Below, piece by piece: positions 10,711 through 20,383 of a stretch of DNA of 64,000 nt. Location of the stretch: positions 31,164-95,163 of the IMG/VR virus record IMGVR_UViG_3300031992_000052; one strand, written 5' to 3'. The notes under the pieces are model-generated. The model did not search any database. It saw nothing but the letters and a program-made list of their open reading frames with translations, and was not told where the DNA came from. How positions within the stretch are numbered: the stretch's first letter is position 1; each line of letters opens with the position of its first letter. The translations under genes were made by a program, and so were the position numbers. This DNA comes from a virus. Lineage: Duplodnaviria; Caudoviricetes.

Positions 10711-10786
10711 CTTTTTATTTACGATTTACTATTTTCGATTTGCGATTTTTTTTTATAACGACAAATTATCAAAATCGGGTGCCTGG

Positions 10787-10835
10787 TCAAGGGCATGGCG
10801 CTGCCCTTGATTTTACGCTCGGATACAGACATATT
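10787..10835. promoter_or_regulatory. back-to-back pair of GCCCTTGA late-promoter-like motifs
   Basis: TCAAGGGC at 10787-10794 (-) and CTGCCCTTGA-N19-CATATT at 10801-10835 (+), between divergent tail genes. Confidence 0.6.
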
Positions 10836-10866
10836 AGGGCATAACGATATATCGGAAATCAACTGT

Positions 10867-13710
10867 ATGGAGCACTTAGCACTTGAAGTTTTTGATCTTA
10901 CGGGCACTGGCAGTCAGTATGCCTGGCTGCCTCGCAACGCCAGCATCACCATCAACGACACGAGCGGCATCTTCGGCAGCGGCGACGTGTGGAGCCACCC
11001 GTTCCGGCTGAACGTCTACGAGAACGCGGGCATCTTCGGCATCAGCGGCGACCTGCACGGTTCGCGGCTTCACGAGCAGATACACAAGCGGCGGGCCCGC
11101 CTGTGGGTGATGGGCCTGCCGCTGTTCCTGGGCTACCTGATGCTGGGCGACGAGGCAGAGGTGGACAAGGACGGCAATGTTGACGTAACGTTCGAGTCGG
11201 GACAGCACACGTTCGACGAGATGATAGAGGGAGCGAAGGCCAATCAGGTGCCTACGATAGGGGACGTGGAAATCGGTATGGCACTATGGCGTAAGCGGTG
11301 GACGCATTGCCGTGTGAAGCTGGAGGCATCGCTGAGACTGCCAAGCGGCTCCCCTTATCACGGTGCCACTCTGAGCGGCCCTGTGTATCATACGGTGAAC
11401 GGCGAATTGGCCGATGAGTTTGAGTTGTCGTGCGACGGCGAGGAAGACGGCAACAGCGTGCAGGAATACCCGCGCATGGTGTTCCCACGGGGCAGCTTCG
11501 ACAACACCGAGGAAGGCGGCGAAGGATGGAACAAGAACTGTATCAACACCAACCTGCCCTATACCGAGGACGAAGACGGCACGCCGACGAGCCCCTACTG
11601 CAACATAGCCCTCTGCTATCAGAAGTACGGTTACTTACAGACCGACAAGGACGGCAACACCAAACCCGACTACAGCGCGGAGCCGGTGGCCCAACGCGGC
11701 TACGAGTACATGCCCGCCGACCGCATTAACTCCGCGCCATGCTTCTATGTTGCCTACTGGGTGCGCTGTCTGATGACCCACCTCGGCATCCATATTGAAG
11801 AGAACCAGATGATGCAGGTGGAAGACCTGCGGCGGCTGTTCTTCGTGAACACCAACTGCGCCTATATAGAGCCGACGAAACTGCGTAGCGAAGACTACAA
11901 CGAACGGTTCGGCCGATACAAGCACGATGTCGTGGTAAACAACAGACTGCAGCGGCCGGTGCCGGAGTATGTTGACTCCGAGAAGAACATCGACAAGAAC
12001 GAAAGCGGATTCCACGGATCCAACGTCGAGATGACCGGTATCGAGAGCGATGTGTCTAACGTGTCGGTCAAGATTAGCGAGGTGATGCCATGGGATTTGG
12101 CGGAAAACTACGCCTATGGACTCAAGAACAACTACTACCATAAGGCTATCGCGTCGAGCGAGTGCTTCCCAGACGTTGACATCAGCGAGGTTATCAAGGC
12201 CATAGAAGACGGATTCGGCGTGCGCTTCCTGTTCAGCGACGACTACAGCAGGGTGCGCATCATACTGCTGCGCAACATTCTGCGCAGCGGCGACGTGCAG
12301 GACATTGCCTGTGAGATAGAGGACGAGAGCGTAAAAGTGGAGAACAGCATCCGTGGGTTCCGCATGACCTACGGCGACAACAAGGACAATACAGAGTTCT
12401 TCTATAAGGGTTTCGACGACAAGCTGCCGAAGAAGAAACCTTACTTTGTGGACGACAGCGACAAGCACGACTATTCGCACTGGGACCTGAATGCCGTATA
12501 TAGCAACATTATCAACAGGGTGTCGGCTTTCGACAAGACCTGCTATGTAACTCCGGTCACCGGCGATGCTTACGGCGTTAAGATTGACAAGGATGCGAAA
12601 CGCTACGACGAGCTGCACCCCTCGCTCTTCGAGTTTGCGGGCTACATGGATGCCATAGACGGCAACTGCACGGGAGAGGACAGCACCGTTCACACCGTTA
12701 ACGTGGGCTTTACGCCGGCCATTATGAACGACCTGAACATGACGCAGGAACGCGGCGGCGATTATCGGCAGCGGTTTGCGCTGTTTGTGGATGCTACCAT
12801 GCGCCCAAGGCGGGTCAACTACAACGATGTCAATGACTATGACAGCTTCAGCGACCCCACCGCGATATATGACACCGAGAAACTGTATGCCAAAGGTTCG
12901 CCAGCCAGGCAGATGATGGCAGGCGACGGCTTTGTCAAGCCGGGCGAGTTTGCCATCCTCTCTGACATGTATGCCGCCGCTACGGATGTAGTAGCTCTCG
13001 TGAGCGGCGTTGTGGGACTTACGCCTCTCACTGCCCACATTAAGTTCGATATGTCTGGCCACATTAACGAGGGTTACCGCCTCTATCTGCAAGATAATTA
13101 CGAGCCTAACGACGACGGCGTGTCGCCCATCGAGAAGAAGGAGTGGGGCCTGACGTTGGGTATCATGCGCGGCTCTGGCAGCGATGCCTACATAGACTAC
13201 CAGCGCGACCCGGAGGATGGCGAGAACAACGACACGTGGGACGTGATGCCGTGCGGCAGCGCAACAGCACACCCCGACACCTGCGACAACTACGGCAACC
13301 GGTGGGACTACAACGGCTCTGAATCTGGTATCGGCAATGCCGACGGACGTATCTCGCTGAAGTTGCGGGCGGAGAAGCTGAACCCGAACTTCGACCCGAC
13401 GCTGCCAGAGACGCACTACGACCAGGAACACCCGGAGCGGAATACAAACCCACGCTATCTCACCATCAGCAACCCGGCGCTGCGTCAGCGCGGGCTGGCC
13501 GATCAGTTCTACAAGGAGTACAGCTACTGGCTGCGCAACGCCCGCGTCGTACAGCAGCCGGTGAGGATGGAACTGGCACAGCTACTAACCATCGACAAGA
13601 CGAAGCGCGTGAGGGTGGGCGACATCATGGGGTTCATCCGCAAGATGCAGTACACCATCAGCAATGAGACTGGGCTGGGTAAGGTTACAATGGAGATTAT
13701 GTATATATAA
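10867..13710 (+). CDS. putative tail/baseplate structural protein
   Basis: ~947 aa from ATG 10867 (MEHLALEV). N-terminal WSHPFRL and C-terminal KRVRVGD..GFIRKMQYTI resemble Bacteroidetes phage minor tail proteins; context agrees. Confidence 0.6.
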   Translation: MEHLALEVFDLTGTGSQYAWLPRNASITINDTSGIFGSGDVWSHPFRLNVYENAGIFGISGDLHGSRLHEQIHKRRARLWVMGLPLFLGYLMLGDEAEVDKDGNVDVTFESGQHTFDEMIEGAKANQVPTIGDVEIGMALWRKRWTHCRVKLEASLRLPSGSPYHGATLSGPVYHTVNGELADEFELSCDGEEDGNSVQEYPRMVFPRGSFDNTEEGGEGWNKNCINTNLPYTEDEDGTPTSPYCNIALCYQKYGYLQTDKDGNTKPDYSAEPVAQRGYEYMPADRINSAPCFYVAYWVRCLMTHLGIHIEENQMMQVEDLRRLFFVNTNCAYIEPTKLRSEDYNERFGRYKHDVVVNNRLQRPVPEYVDSEKNIDKNESGFHGSNVEMTGIESDVSNVSVKISEVMPWDLAENYAYGLKNNYYHKAIASSECFPDVDISEVIKAIEDGFGVRFLFSDDYSRVRIILLRNILRSGDVQDIACEIEDESVKVENSIRGFRMTYGDNKDNTEFFYKGFDDKLPKKKPYFVDDSDKHDYSHWDLNAVYSNIINRVSAFDKTCYVTPVTGDAYGVKIDKDAKRYDELHPSLFEFAGYMDAIDGNCTGEDSTVHTVNVGFTPAIMNDLNMTQERGGDYRQRFALFVDATMRPRRVNYNDVNDYDSFSDPTAIYDTEKLYAKGSPARQMMAGDGFVKPGEFAILSDMYAAATDVVALVSGVVGLTPLTAHIKFDMSGHINEGYRLYLQDNYEPNDDGVSPIEKKEWGLTLGIMRGSGSDAYIDYQRDPEDGENNDTWDVMPCGSATAHPDTCDNYGNRWDYNGSESGIGNADGRISLKLRAEKLNPNFDPTLPETHYDQEHPERNTNPRYLTISNPALRQRGLADQFYKEYSYWLRNARVVQQPVRMELAQLLTIDKTKRVRVGDIMGFIRKMQYTISNETGLGKVTMEIMYI

Positions 13711-13714
13711 GATT

Positions 13715-14803
13715 ATGGCAGTAACAGTAACAGGAATGTTTGGCAGCGGCAGGACGTATTTTGCCGACTCGCCAGTGGTCATCACCATCAGCGGACTGGA
13801 GTGGCCCACCGATGCCGGCGGCAGTCTGGTGTCGCCGTTCAATGTGGTGAAGGTGCAGGTATTGGATAATGACAACAACAACGTGGGCGAGTTCCGTGCC
13901 GACACGGGCGGGCTGTCGGATATATCGTTCGACATCTCGTCGGCACTCAGGGCAATGTGGAGCGGATATAACTTCGGCAGTGAGGTATCAGCCGCCAGCG
14001 GGCGTAGCTCGTTCCTACGCACTTATGCACCCTACTCGCTACGCATCTGGACTGAGTACCAGGCCGCCGACGGCACATATACCACAACGACGCCATCTGG
14101 CTATGGTGGCGGACGGTGCATGCTGGGCGGACTGACGGAGCTGGAGCGGAGCCGGATATCGAACGCTGCCAATGCCGACGCCTCTCACTTGCAGAATTCA
14201 AACCTGCGCTACGGCGACGCGAGCACGAAGCCGCTGACGGTGCCGGAGCGGGTGGGACAGCACAGCATCACCTCATGGGTGGACGTTGGTGCCGACGGCA
14301 CGACGAGTTCGTTCTTTGCCGCCAGCGCCGTACCGGCAGCCGACGGCGCGGAAGCTCATGCGCCGATGGTGCTGCGCGACAGCGTGCCCTACGTGGACTT
14401 TCTGTTCGTAAACCGCCGTGGGGCTGTTGAGACATGCAGCGCACAGACGCTGGAAAGCCTGGGCATCAGCATCAAGACCGAGAACTACGGCATGACAGAG
14501 CGTCCGTCATTCAGTCCTACACGCAGCCTGACGGCACGGGCCAGCGGCGGCCTGCGGTCGTGGCAGATGTCGAGCGGCTACCTGACAAGGGAGTGGGCCC
14601 GCTGGTGGGCGCAGGAGTTCCTAATGGCTCGGCAGTGGTGGATGCGTGTTGACGATGACGGCGAACCGTCATCCGCAGCGACGGGGGGATTGTATGCGCC
14701 GGTGGTGGTCACGCCGGCCAAGGGCGACACCGGCATCTACGACCGGACGAAGCAGCAGATGCCGCACGTGGACTTTACCGTGACGCTGGCGCTGGAGGGA
14801 TGA
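13715..14803 (+). CDS. putative minor tail protein
   Basis: 362 aa; FLFVNRRGAVET and SSGYL..EW..W..EFL motifs; context. Confidence 0.55.
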   Translation: MAVTVTGMFGSGRTYFADSPVVITISGLEWPTDAGGSLVSPFNVVKVQVLDNDNNNVGEFRADTGGLSDISFDISSALRAMWSGYNFGSEVSAASGRSSFLRTYAPYSLRIWTEYQAADGTYTTTTPSGYGGGRCMLGGLTELERSRISNAANADASHLQNSNLRYGDASTKPLTVPERVGQHSITSWVDVGADGTTSSFFAASAVPAADGAEAHAPMVLRDSVPYVDFLFVNRRGAVETCSAQTLESLGISIKTENYGMTERPSFSPTRSLTARASGGLRSWQMSSGYLTREWARWWAQEFLMARQWWMRVDDDGEPSSAATGGLYAPVVVTPAKGDTGIYDRTKQQMPHVDFTVTLALEG

Positions 14804-14902
14804 TTACATTGAAGATTGAACATTAATGGCAGCTTGTCTGCCCTTGATTTTGGGCTCCGTTATAACGATATTCGGATAACAAGAAATTAACTCGAATACG
14901 AA

Positions 14903-15262
14903 ATGAACCAAGTAATGATTGACCTCTGGCCAATTCTGGTGCCTATACTCCTGGCCGCCGTGGGTTGGCAGTGGCGCGAGAACCACGCCCTGAAGATCCG
15001 CGTGGCGGTACTGGAGACTACCGTAGAAAACTTAGAGACGACGCTCTCGAACATACAGAAGCGGCAGGACTCGCAATCGAAGAAACAGGATGATATTCTC
15101 GACCGCATACAGTCGATGGAGTCGGAGGTGCTGGAGCGAATGGGCAAGACCGACAGCAGCATCTCGTCGCTGTCGGCTCAGGTGAAAGGCCTGCACGACC
15201 TGCTGGTAGTGTCGGACTTCGGTATTCACACCAAACGGAACAGTTATGGGCGAGAAGATTAA
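14903..15262 (+). CDS. membrane-anchored coiled-coil protein (lysis/holin-associated?)
   Basis: N-terminal TM LWPILVPILLAAVGW followed by a coiled coil. Confidence 0.55.
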   Translation: MNQVMIDLWPILVPILLAAVGWQWRENHALKIRVAVLETTVENLETTLSNIQKRQDSQSKKQDDILDRIQSMESEVLERMGKTDSSISSLSAQVKGLHDLLVVSDFGIHTKRNSYGRED

Positions 15263-15641
15263 GAATACGGGTAACGAACTGAAGAACCGGTGGGTGCAAC
15301 GGATGCCGCGTTTCTTCCGGATGATAGTGAAAATAGTGACAGCCATCGCGCTCACGGCAACTACCGTCAACTTCGCCGTGCCTGCCCTTGGCGGTGTGCT
15401 CTACGAATGGTGGTCCGAGGTATATACGCATATCCTCGTGGGTAGCATCTGTACGCTGATGATTTGCAAACTCACTGTGGCTGGAGGTTACAGGGAGCTG
15501 AACCCGGAGGAGCTGCTGCGCGGCAAGATGGGGCGTCACATTCAGATGGGACACGACATCGACGAACAGATAGACGGCGAACAGCCAGATATTCACCAAC
15601 AAAACATGAAAGATTATGGCAGGCAGCAGAACGCAGATTGA
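15246..15641 (+). CDS. holin-like membrane protein
   Basis: two hydrophobic segments after a basic N-terminus. Confidence 0.5.
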   Translation: MGEKIKNTGNELKNRWVQRMPRFFRMIVKIVTAIALTATTVNFAVPALGGVLYEWWSEVYTHILVGSICTLMICKLTVAGGYRELNPEELLRGKMGRHIQMGHDIDEQIDGEQPDIHQQNMKDYGRQQNAD

Positions 15642-15795
15642 CTTCGCTACCTGAAGTATAACAAGGACGAGGTAGGAAATCTTAGACAAGGCGACCATTG
15701 CAGGCTTGGCATCAGAGGCGGATGTAAAATAATGTCTGTTCGTATGTTATTATGTCTGAAAAAGTTATTATGTCTAAATAAAAAAATGGTGAATT

Positions 15796-18369
15796 ATGTC
15801 ACAAGCAATTAATATTACTAAAGGTAACGACCACCGTCTGCGCGTAGCCATGACGCGATGGTCAGAGCCGATGGCACTGTCATCGAGCAGCAATGTGCAC
15901 GCCTACGCCGTGAAGAGCGTGACGGGCGTAAGATATGCCCTCGTCGTGCGCTACTCAGCACAGGACGAGGGCGTGATGGAAGTGGACTGGCCTTCGACGC
16001 TGACGGCAGGCTGCTACGGTCTGGAGATTACTGGCACACTGGAGGGTGAGGGCCAGTGGCGCATGGCTGCCGCCAACGCCGTCAAAGTGACACAGGTAAC
16101 GGAGAAAGGCGGCGAGAGCATCACCATGACCGGCGACTCGTTCGATGTGGTGGGCGTAGTGACCGTCTGCGTAGGTTCCACCGGTGTCACCGAAGAGCTG
16201 CGCCAGGCGGTTGCCGACATGATTGAGGAGGAGTATAACGCCTCCGAACGACTGCGCGAAGAAGGCGAGTTTGTCCGTGAGACCCACGAGGACAACCGTA
16301 TACTGGCTGAAGAGGCGCGTGAGGGCAACGAGCTGACGCGAGAGAACAATGAAACCACCCGCCAGACCAATGAGACCGCACGCCAACAGGCAGAGGCGGC
16401 ACGGCAGGGAGCCGAGACGCAACGGCAGGAGGCAGAGTCGCAACGGGCAGGCAACGAGGAGTCACGCCAGCAGGTCTTCGAGACCTCGCAGACCCAACGG
16501 CAATCGTCCTACACCCAGGCCGAAATCGCCCGAGACACGGCCTACCAGACGGCAGAGACAGCACGCAATAACGCCTACAGCACCGCCGAGGGCCAGCGCG
16601 ATACCGCCTTCAGCGAAAAGCAGGCGGAGCGTCAGGCGGCGTACTCAACCGCCGAAGCCGCCCGCGATGCCGCCTTCACTGAAAAGCAGACCCAGCGCCA
16701 GACCTCCTTTGAGACGGCAGAAGCTGGAAGGGCAACAACCTTTACTGCCAACGAGCAACAGCGCGGCACGACATTCGCCACCAACGAGCAGCAGCGGCAG
16801 ACCACCTTCGCCACCAACGAGGGCACAAAGCAAGGTTCTGTAGCAGGCGACGGCAGCCGCTGGGGAATGTATAAGCAGGCAGAGTCACAGCGCGACAGCA
16901 GCTATCAGGCGGCAGAACAGCAGCGCGGCACATCCTACCAGACAGCGGAAGGACAGCGCGACAGCGACTATCAGGCGGCAGAACAGCAGCGCGGCACATC
17001 CTACCAGGCGGCAGAACAGCAGCGTAACACAGAATCGTCGGCAGCAACGTCAGCCGCCAACAATGCCGCCGCAGCCGCCAACAAGGCTGCAGAGGATGCA
17101 GAAGACAAGATAGAAGAGCTGACGGCCAAGGAGGCCACCATTGAAGACCTTGACGAGCTGGCACCCGCCATTACCGTGGCAGACCCAGCCATAGAGGTCA
17201 TCAAGGTGATACTCGCCGACAAGACTGGAGAGCAGAATCTGCAGGGACTGCCCGTCAGGCTGTACCTGTGGGATGACGAGAATGACGCGTGGGTACTTAG
17301 CGAGACAAAGACTGCCGACACCTACGGTATTGCTGTGTTCTCCGTGGAGTATGGGGTGTTGTATAAGATTACGTTTACGCAGGTGACGGGCTGTGAGGTG
17401 ATAGCCGACGTGGAACACCGGGCTGCGCTGATATGGCGTGCCGTGGAAGCTACATACAAACTGCCTGATGCCGGTGAGATACTGACGGTGGTGACACACA
17501 GCCTGAGCGGTTCGGCATACACGCCTCTGGCGGGCGTGACGGTAAGTGTGAGCTACGGATCTGTAGTGAAGAGCAAGCAGACGGACGCACAGGGACAGGC
17601 AGAGTTCACTATCCCCACGGGACAGCAGTATACCGTCAGCACAACGCCTATCGACGGCCTCTATGCCCGATACAACAAATACAGCGAGAAGCATACCGCG
17701 AGCCAGACTCGCAGGACGCAGACCTTCACATATACACCCTGCGAGACCGGCTTCTTCCTGATAGACGGCCAAGGCCGACAGTATAATATAGACGAGTGGC
17801 GTGACGCCGTTACTGCAGGAACGGTGGAAGCTGCCGATGCCAAGCTGGTGAAGATAAGTACAGAAGCCCTTGCCTCGCACGGAGGTGTGTTTGCTATAGA
17901 TATTGATATGATAGCCTACGGCACAGGGCAGCCTGCCAATCAGACATGGGCTGCATCAAACGTAAAGTTCAACTCCATTCCGGAGAACGGCAACAATACA
18001 TCGGCGAACTACTATTACGACGGCTACACAGCATCGCAGCTCATTAAACAGGAAGGTGCCGAGCGTAGCATCGCCACTCCTGCCGTAACAGCCGCCATGG
18101 CTAAGAGTGTGACCGTAGGCGATGAGACATTACCAGGATTCCTTGGCTCGATTGCCCAATGGAGTACGTTGTGGCAGAACCGTGCTGAGATAGATGCACT
18201 GATAGAAGAAGTAAGGCCAGACCACACCAACAGTATCAGCGCGAGAACGACACAGAAATGGACCAGCACACAGAGCAATGCCAACGGCGCCTGGTACTGG
18301 ACTTCGAGTGCCAACTACGGCAACGCCAAGAACAACAGCTACGCTGTCGTTCCCTTCTTCGCGTATTAA
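15796..18369 (+). CDS. DGR target protein 1 (fibre/adhesin-like, C-terminal VR)
   Basis: long ExxR coiled-coil stalk, beta-sandwich repeats, C-terminal WTSTQ..AW..YAVVPFFAY C-type-lectin-like end matching the TR. Confidence 0.9.
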   Translation: MSQAINITKGNDHRLRVAMTRWSEPMALSSSSNVHAYAVKSVTGVRYALVVRYSAQDEGVMEVDWPSTLTAGCYGLEITGTLEGEGQWRMAAANAVKVTQVTEKGGESITMTGDSFDVVGVVTVCVGSTGVTEELRQAVADMIEEEYNASERLREEGEFVRETHEDNRILAEEAREGNELTRENNETTRQTNETARQQAEAARQGAETQRQEAESQRAGNEESRQQVFETSQTQRQSSYTQAEIARDTAYQTAETARNNAYSTAEGQRDTAFSEKQAERQAAYSTAEAARDAAFTEKQTQRQTSFETAEAGRATTFTANEQQRGTTFATNEQQRQTTFATNEGTKQGSVAGDGSRWGMYKQAESQRDSSYQAAEQQRGTSYQTAEGQRDSDYQAAEQQRGTSYQAAEQQRNTESSAATSAANNAAAAANKAAEDAEDKIEELTAKEATIEDLDELAPAITVADPAIEVIKVILADKTGEQNLQGLPVRLYLWDDENDAWVLSETKTADTYGIAVFSVEYGVLYKITFTQVTGCEVIADVEHRAALIWRAVEATYKLPDAGEILTVVTHSLSGSAYTPLAGVTVSVSYGSVVKSKQTDAQGQAEFTIPTGQQYTVSTTPIDGLYARYNKYSEKHTASQTRRTQTFTYTPCETGFFLIDGQGRQYNIDEWRDAVTAGTVEAADAKLVKISTEALASHGGVFAIDIDMIAYGTGQPANQTWAASNVKFNSIPENGNNTSANYYYDGYTASQLIKQEGAERSIATPAVTAAMAKSVTVGDETLPGFLGSIAQWSTLWQNRAEIDALIEEVRPDHTNSISARTTQKWTSTQSNANGAWYWTSSANYGNAKNNSYAVVPFFAY
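16260..17030 (+). repeat. 7- and 11-residue coiled-coil coding repeats
   Basis: near-perfect 33-bp units such as YQAAEQQRGTS at about 16890-17025. Confidence 0.8.
18265..18363 (+). repeat. DGR variable repeat VR1
   Basis: 99 nt; differs from the TR only at TR adenines, plus one extra codon. Confidence 0.95.
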
Positions 18370-18417
18370 TCTCTTTAACTCTTTAACTCTTGAACTCTTT
18401 AGAACAAGCATAGGAAC

Positions 18418-19731
18418 ATGGAAAAAGAAGTATTGGAAGGATATTGGGAAAGGATGAGAGCCCAGTTTGCCAGCAAGGCCCAGATACAAGCCCTCGCCGA
18501 CCTAAAGCAAAATATGTTGACACCTGGAGCTGGCATCAGGATAAATAACGACGTGATTTCCAGCGAACCCATCACGGAGGAGTTGGTGCAGATAGGCATA
18601 ACGTCCAACGTTGCTGGTGTCAGTGTGAGTGGGCTGACCGTCAATGCCTACTACAACGGCAGTACGGAGGTGAGTGGCACAGCAACGACGGATGTTGATG
18701 GCAATGCGCTGCTGAGGGTGCCGACGGGCTATACATACAGGCTGGAGTTCCCCGTGATTGCAGGCTGTGAGGTGATTGCCGACATAGAGAAAACAGCCTC
18801 GCTGGTGTGGCGTGGCGTGAATGTGCAATACACCACGGGACTGGAGCAGGTAGAGGTGTACCTGCGCAAGCAGCTGACAAGCAGCACGGAGGCGGTGGCT
18901 GGCCAGACTGTCAGCGTGACAACGGGTGGCACAACAACCACCTACACCACAGACTCAGACGGCAAGGTGACGTTTGGCGTGACTATCGGTGACAGCTATA
19001 CGGTTTCAGCTCCGAAGCTGCGGGACTGGTATGTGAGTCGGGGAGAGTATACAAGGACTTTCGTTGCAGCCTACGAGTCTCGCGGCGTAGAGTACACCTA
19101 CAAGGCTTATGACAGCGGACTGAAGGTGGTAGACCGTGAGGGTAACGAATATACCACCGAGCAGTTTGCTGCTGCCATAGAGGCTGGCACAAAGGCACCA
19201 AACGATGCCTATCTGGTGAAGGTGGCGACTGACGCGCTGGTGTCTGGGAGCGGCTGTTTTGCCGTAAGGATAGACGATATAGTCAACAGAGGCGGCGGTG
19301 CCACATGGTCAGGCAACAATACGCTGTTCAACGACATCCCGGCCAATGGCAACAATAGCGGCAATGCGCTCTACTATAACGGGCTGCGCGCCAGCGAACT
19401 GATACAAGCAGAGGGCGATACAAGGAACATATCAACGCCTGCCGTCGATGCCTGCTTGTCGCAGAGTATTACCTTCGGCTCCGTCGAGCACAAGGGATTT
19501 TTAGGCGCCATCGGACAGTGGAGTGTCTTGTGGGCTAACAGGACAGCTGTAGATGCCATCATAGCCCTGACAAGACCCAACGCGACAAACAGCCTGAGCA
19601 ACTACACGACGCAGAAATGGACCAGCACACAGTACAGTGCCAACGGCGCCTGGAACTGGACTTCGAGTGCCAACAACGTCAGCAGCCTCAAGGTCGTCAG
19701 CTACGCTGTCGTTCCCTTCTTCGCGTATTAA
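18418..19731 (+). CDS. DGR target protein 2 (paralogue of the C-terminal half of target 1)
   Basis: shares GCEVIAD, IPxNGNN, GFLGxIxQWS and TTQKWTSTQ motifs with target 1; C-terminal VR. Confidence 0.9.
   Translation: MEKEVLEGYWERMRAQFASKAQIQALADLKQNMLTPGAGIRINNDVISSEPITEELVQIGITSNVAGVSVSGLTVNAYYNGSTEVSGTATTDVDGNALLRVPTGYTYRLEFPVIAGCEVIADIEKTASLVWRGVNVQYTTGLEQVEVYLRKQLTSSTEAVAGQTVSVTTGGTTTTYTTDSDGKVTFGVTIGDSYTVSAPKLRDWYVSRGEYTRTFVAAYESRGVEYTYKAYDSGLKVVDREGNEYTTEQFAAAIEAGTKAPNDAYLVKVATDALVSGSGCFAVRIDDIVNRGGGATWSGNNTLFNDIPANGNNSGNALYYNGLRASELIQAEGDTRNISTPAVDACLSQSITFGSVEHKGFLGAIGQWSVLWANRTAVDAIIALTRPNATNSLSNYTTQKWTSTQYSANGAWNWTSSANNVSSLKVVSYAVVPFFAY
19624..19725 (+). repeat. DGR variable repeat VR2
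   Basis: 102 nt; differs from the TR only at adenines, plus two extra codons. Confidence 0.95.
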
Positions 19732-19810
19732 TCTCTTTAACTCTTCAACTCTTTATCTCTTTAAAAAATAAGCATCGGACAAACCCTCTAAAAGTAACGA
19801 TTAAAAGAAT

Positions 19811-20206
19811 ATGCTATCAGAGAAATTGCAGATTTACCTTGACACCTACAAGCTGGTAGAAGTGCTTTACAGGCACATGAGCAATGTGCCTAAAGCCTAC
19901 CGCTATGGTGAATACGGGCGTGCATCGAGCATGTCGTTTGAGGCACTGGACATGATTTACGTGGCCAACAGCAGCCAAGAAGAACGGCCAGCAGCGCTGA
20001 CACGCTATCTGCAACTGATAGGCGGTGTGCGCAGCAGAATGCGCCTGATGAGCGAGATGAAAATCCTGCCGCCGAAGATGAGCGTCAACGTTCAGTTCCT
20101 GCTGGATAAAGTCTCGCGTCAGGCTATCGGCTGGCGCAACGCTTCGCAAAGACCAGAGCCGCTACGCCACGGCAACGCGGGAGAGTCGCATCTTGACAAG
20201 AGATGA
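19811..20206 (+). CDS. avd: DGR accessory variability determinant (four-helix bundle)
   Basis: 131-aa basic helical protein (LQIY..Y.L..PK.YRY..G ... QAIGW) directly upstream of the TR and RT. Confidence 0.85.
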   Translation: MLSEKLQIYLDTYKLVEVLYRHMSNVPKAYRYGEYGRASSMSFEALDMIYVANSSQEERPAALTRYLQLIGGVRSRMRLMSEMKILPPKMSVNVQFLLDKVSRQAIGWRNASQRPEPLRHGNAGESHLDKR

Positions 20207-20287
20207 TACGGGTCGTCGCTTTCACTCCCTGTAAAAAAAGGGGAAGAAGCAAAGGATTTGCAATACGAATATAGTAACGACACACTG

Positions 20288-20383
20288 AGCACACAGAACA
20301 ATGCCAACAACGCCTGGAACTGGACTTCGAGTGCCAACAACAACAACAAGAACAACAGCTACGCTGTCGTTCCCTTCTTCGCG
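20288..20383 (+). ncRNA. DGR template repeat (TR)
   Basis: 96 nt with 32 adenines and 11 AAY codons in the VR frame; lies between avd and the RT core. Confidence 0.95.

Noticed and set aside
11635-13431. Long antisense ORFs (also 28371-29774, 30224-31741, 58570-59895 and many others)
   Set aside because: Shadow frames of GC3-rich genes on the opposite strand with no recognisable motifs.
15616-15731. Short frame MAGSRTQIDFAT*...EILDKATIAGLASEADVK with internal TGA and TAG (stop recoding or pseudogene)
   Set aside because: Too short to support; TGA and TAG terminate other genes normally here.
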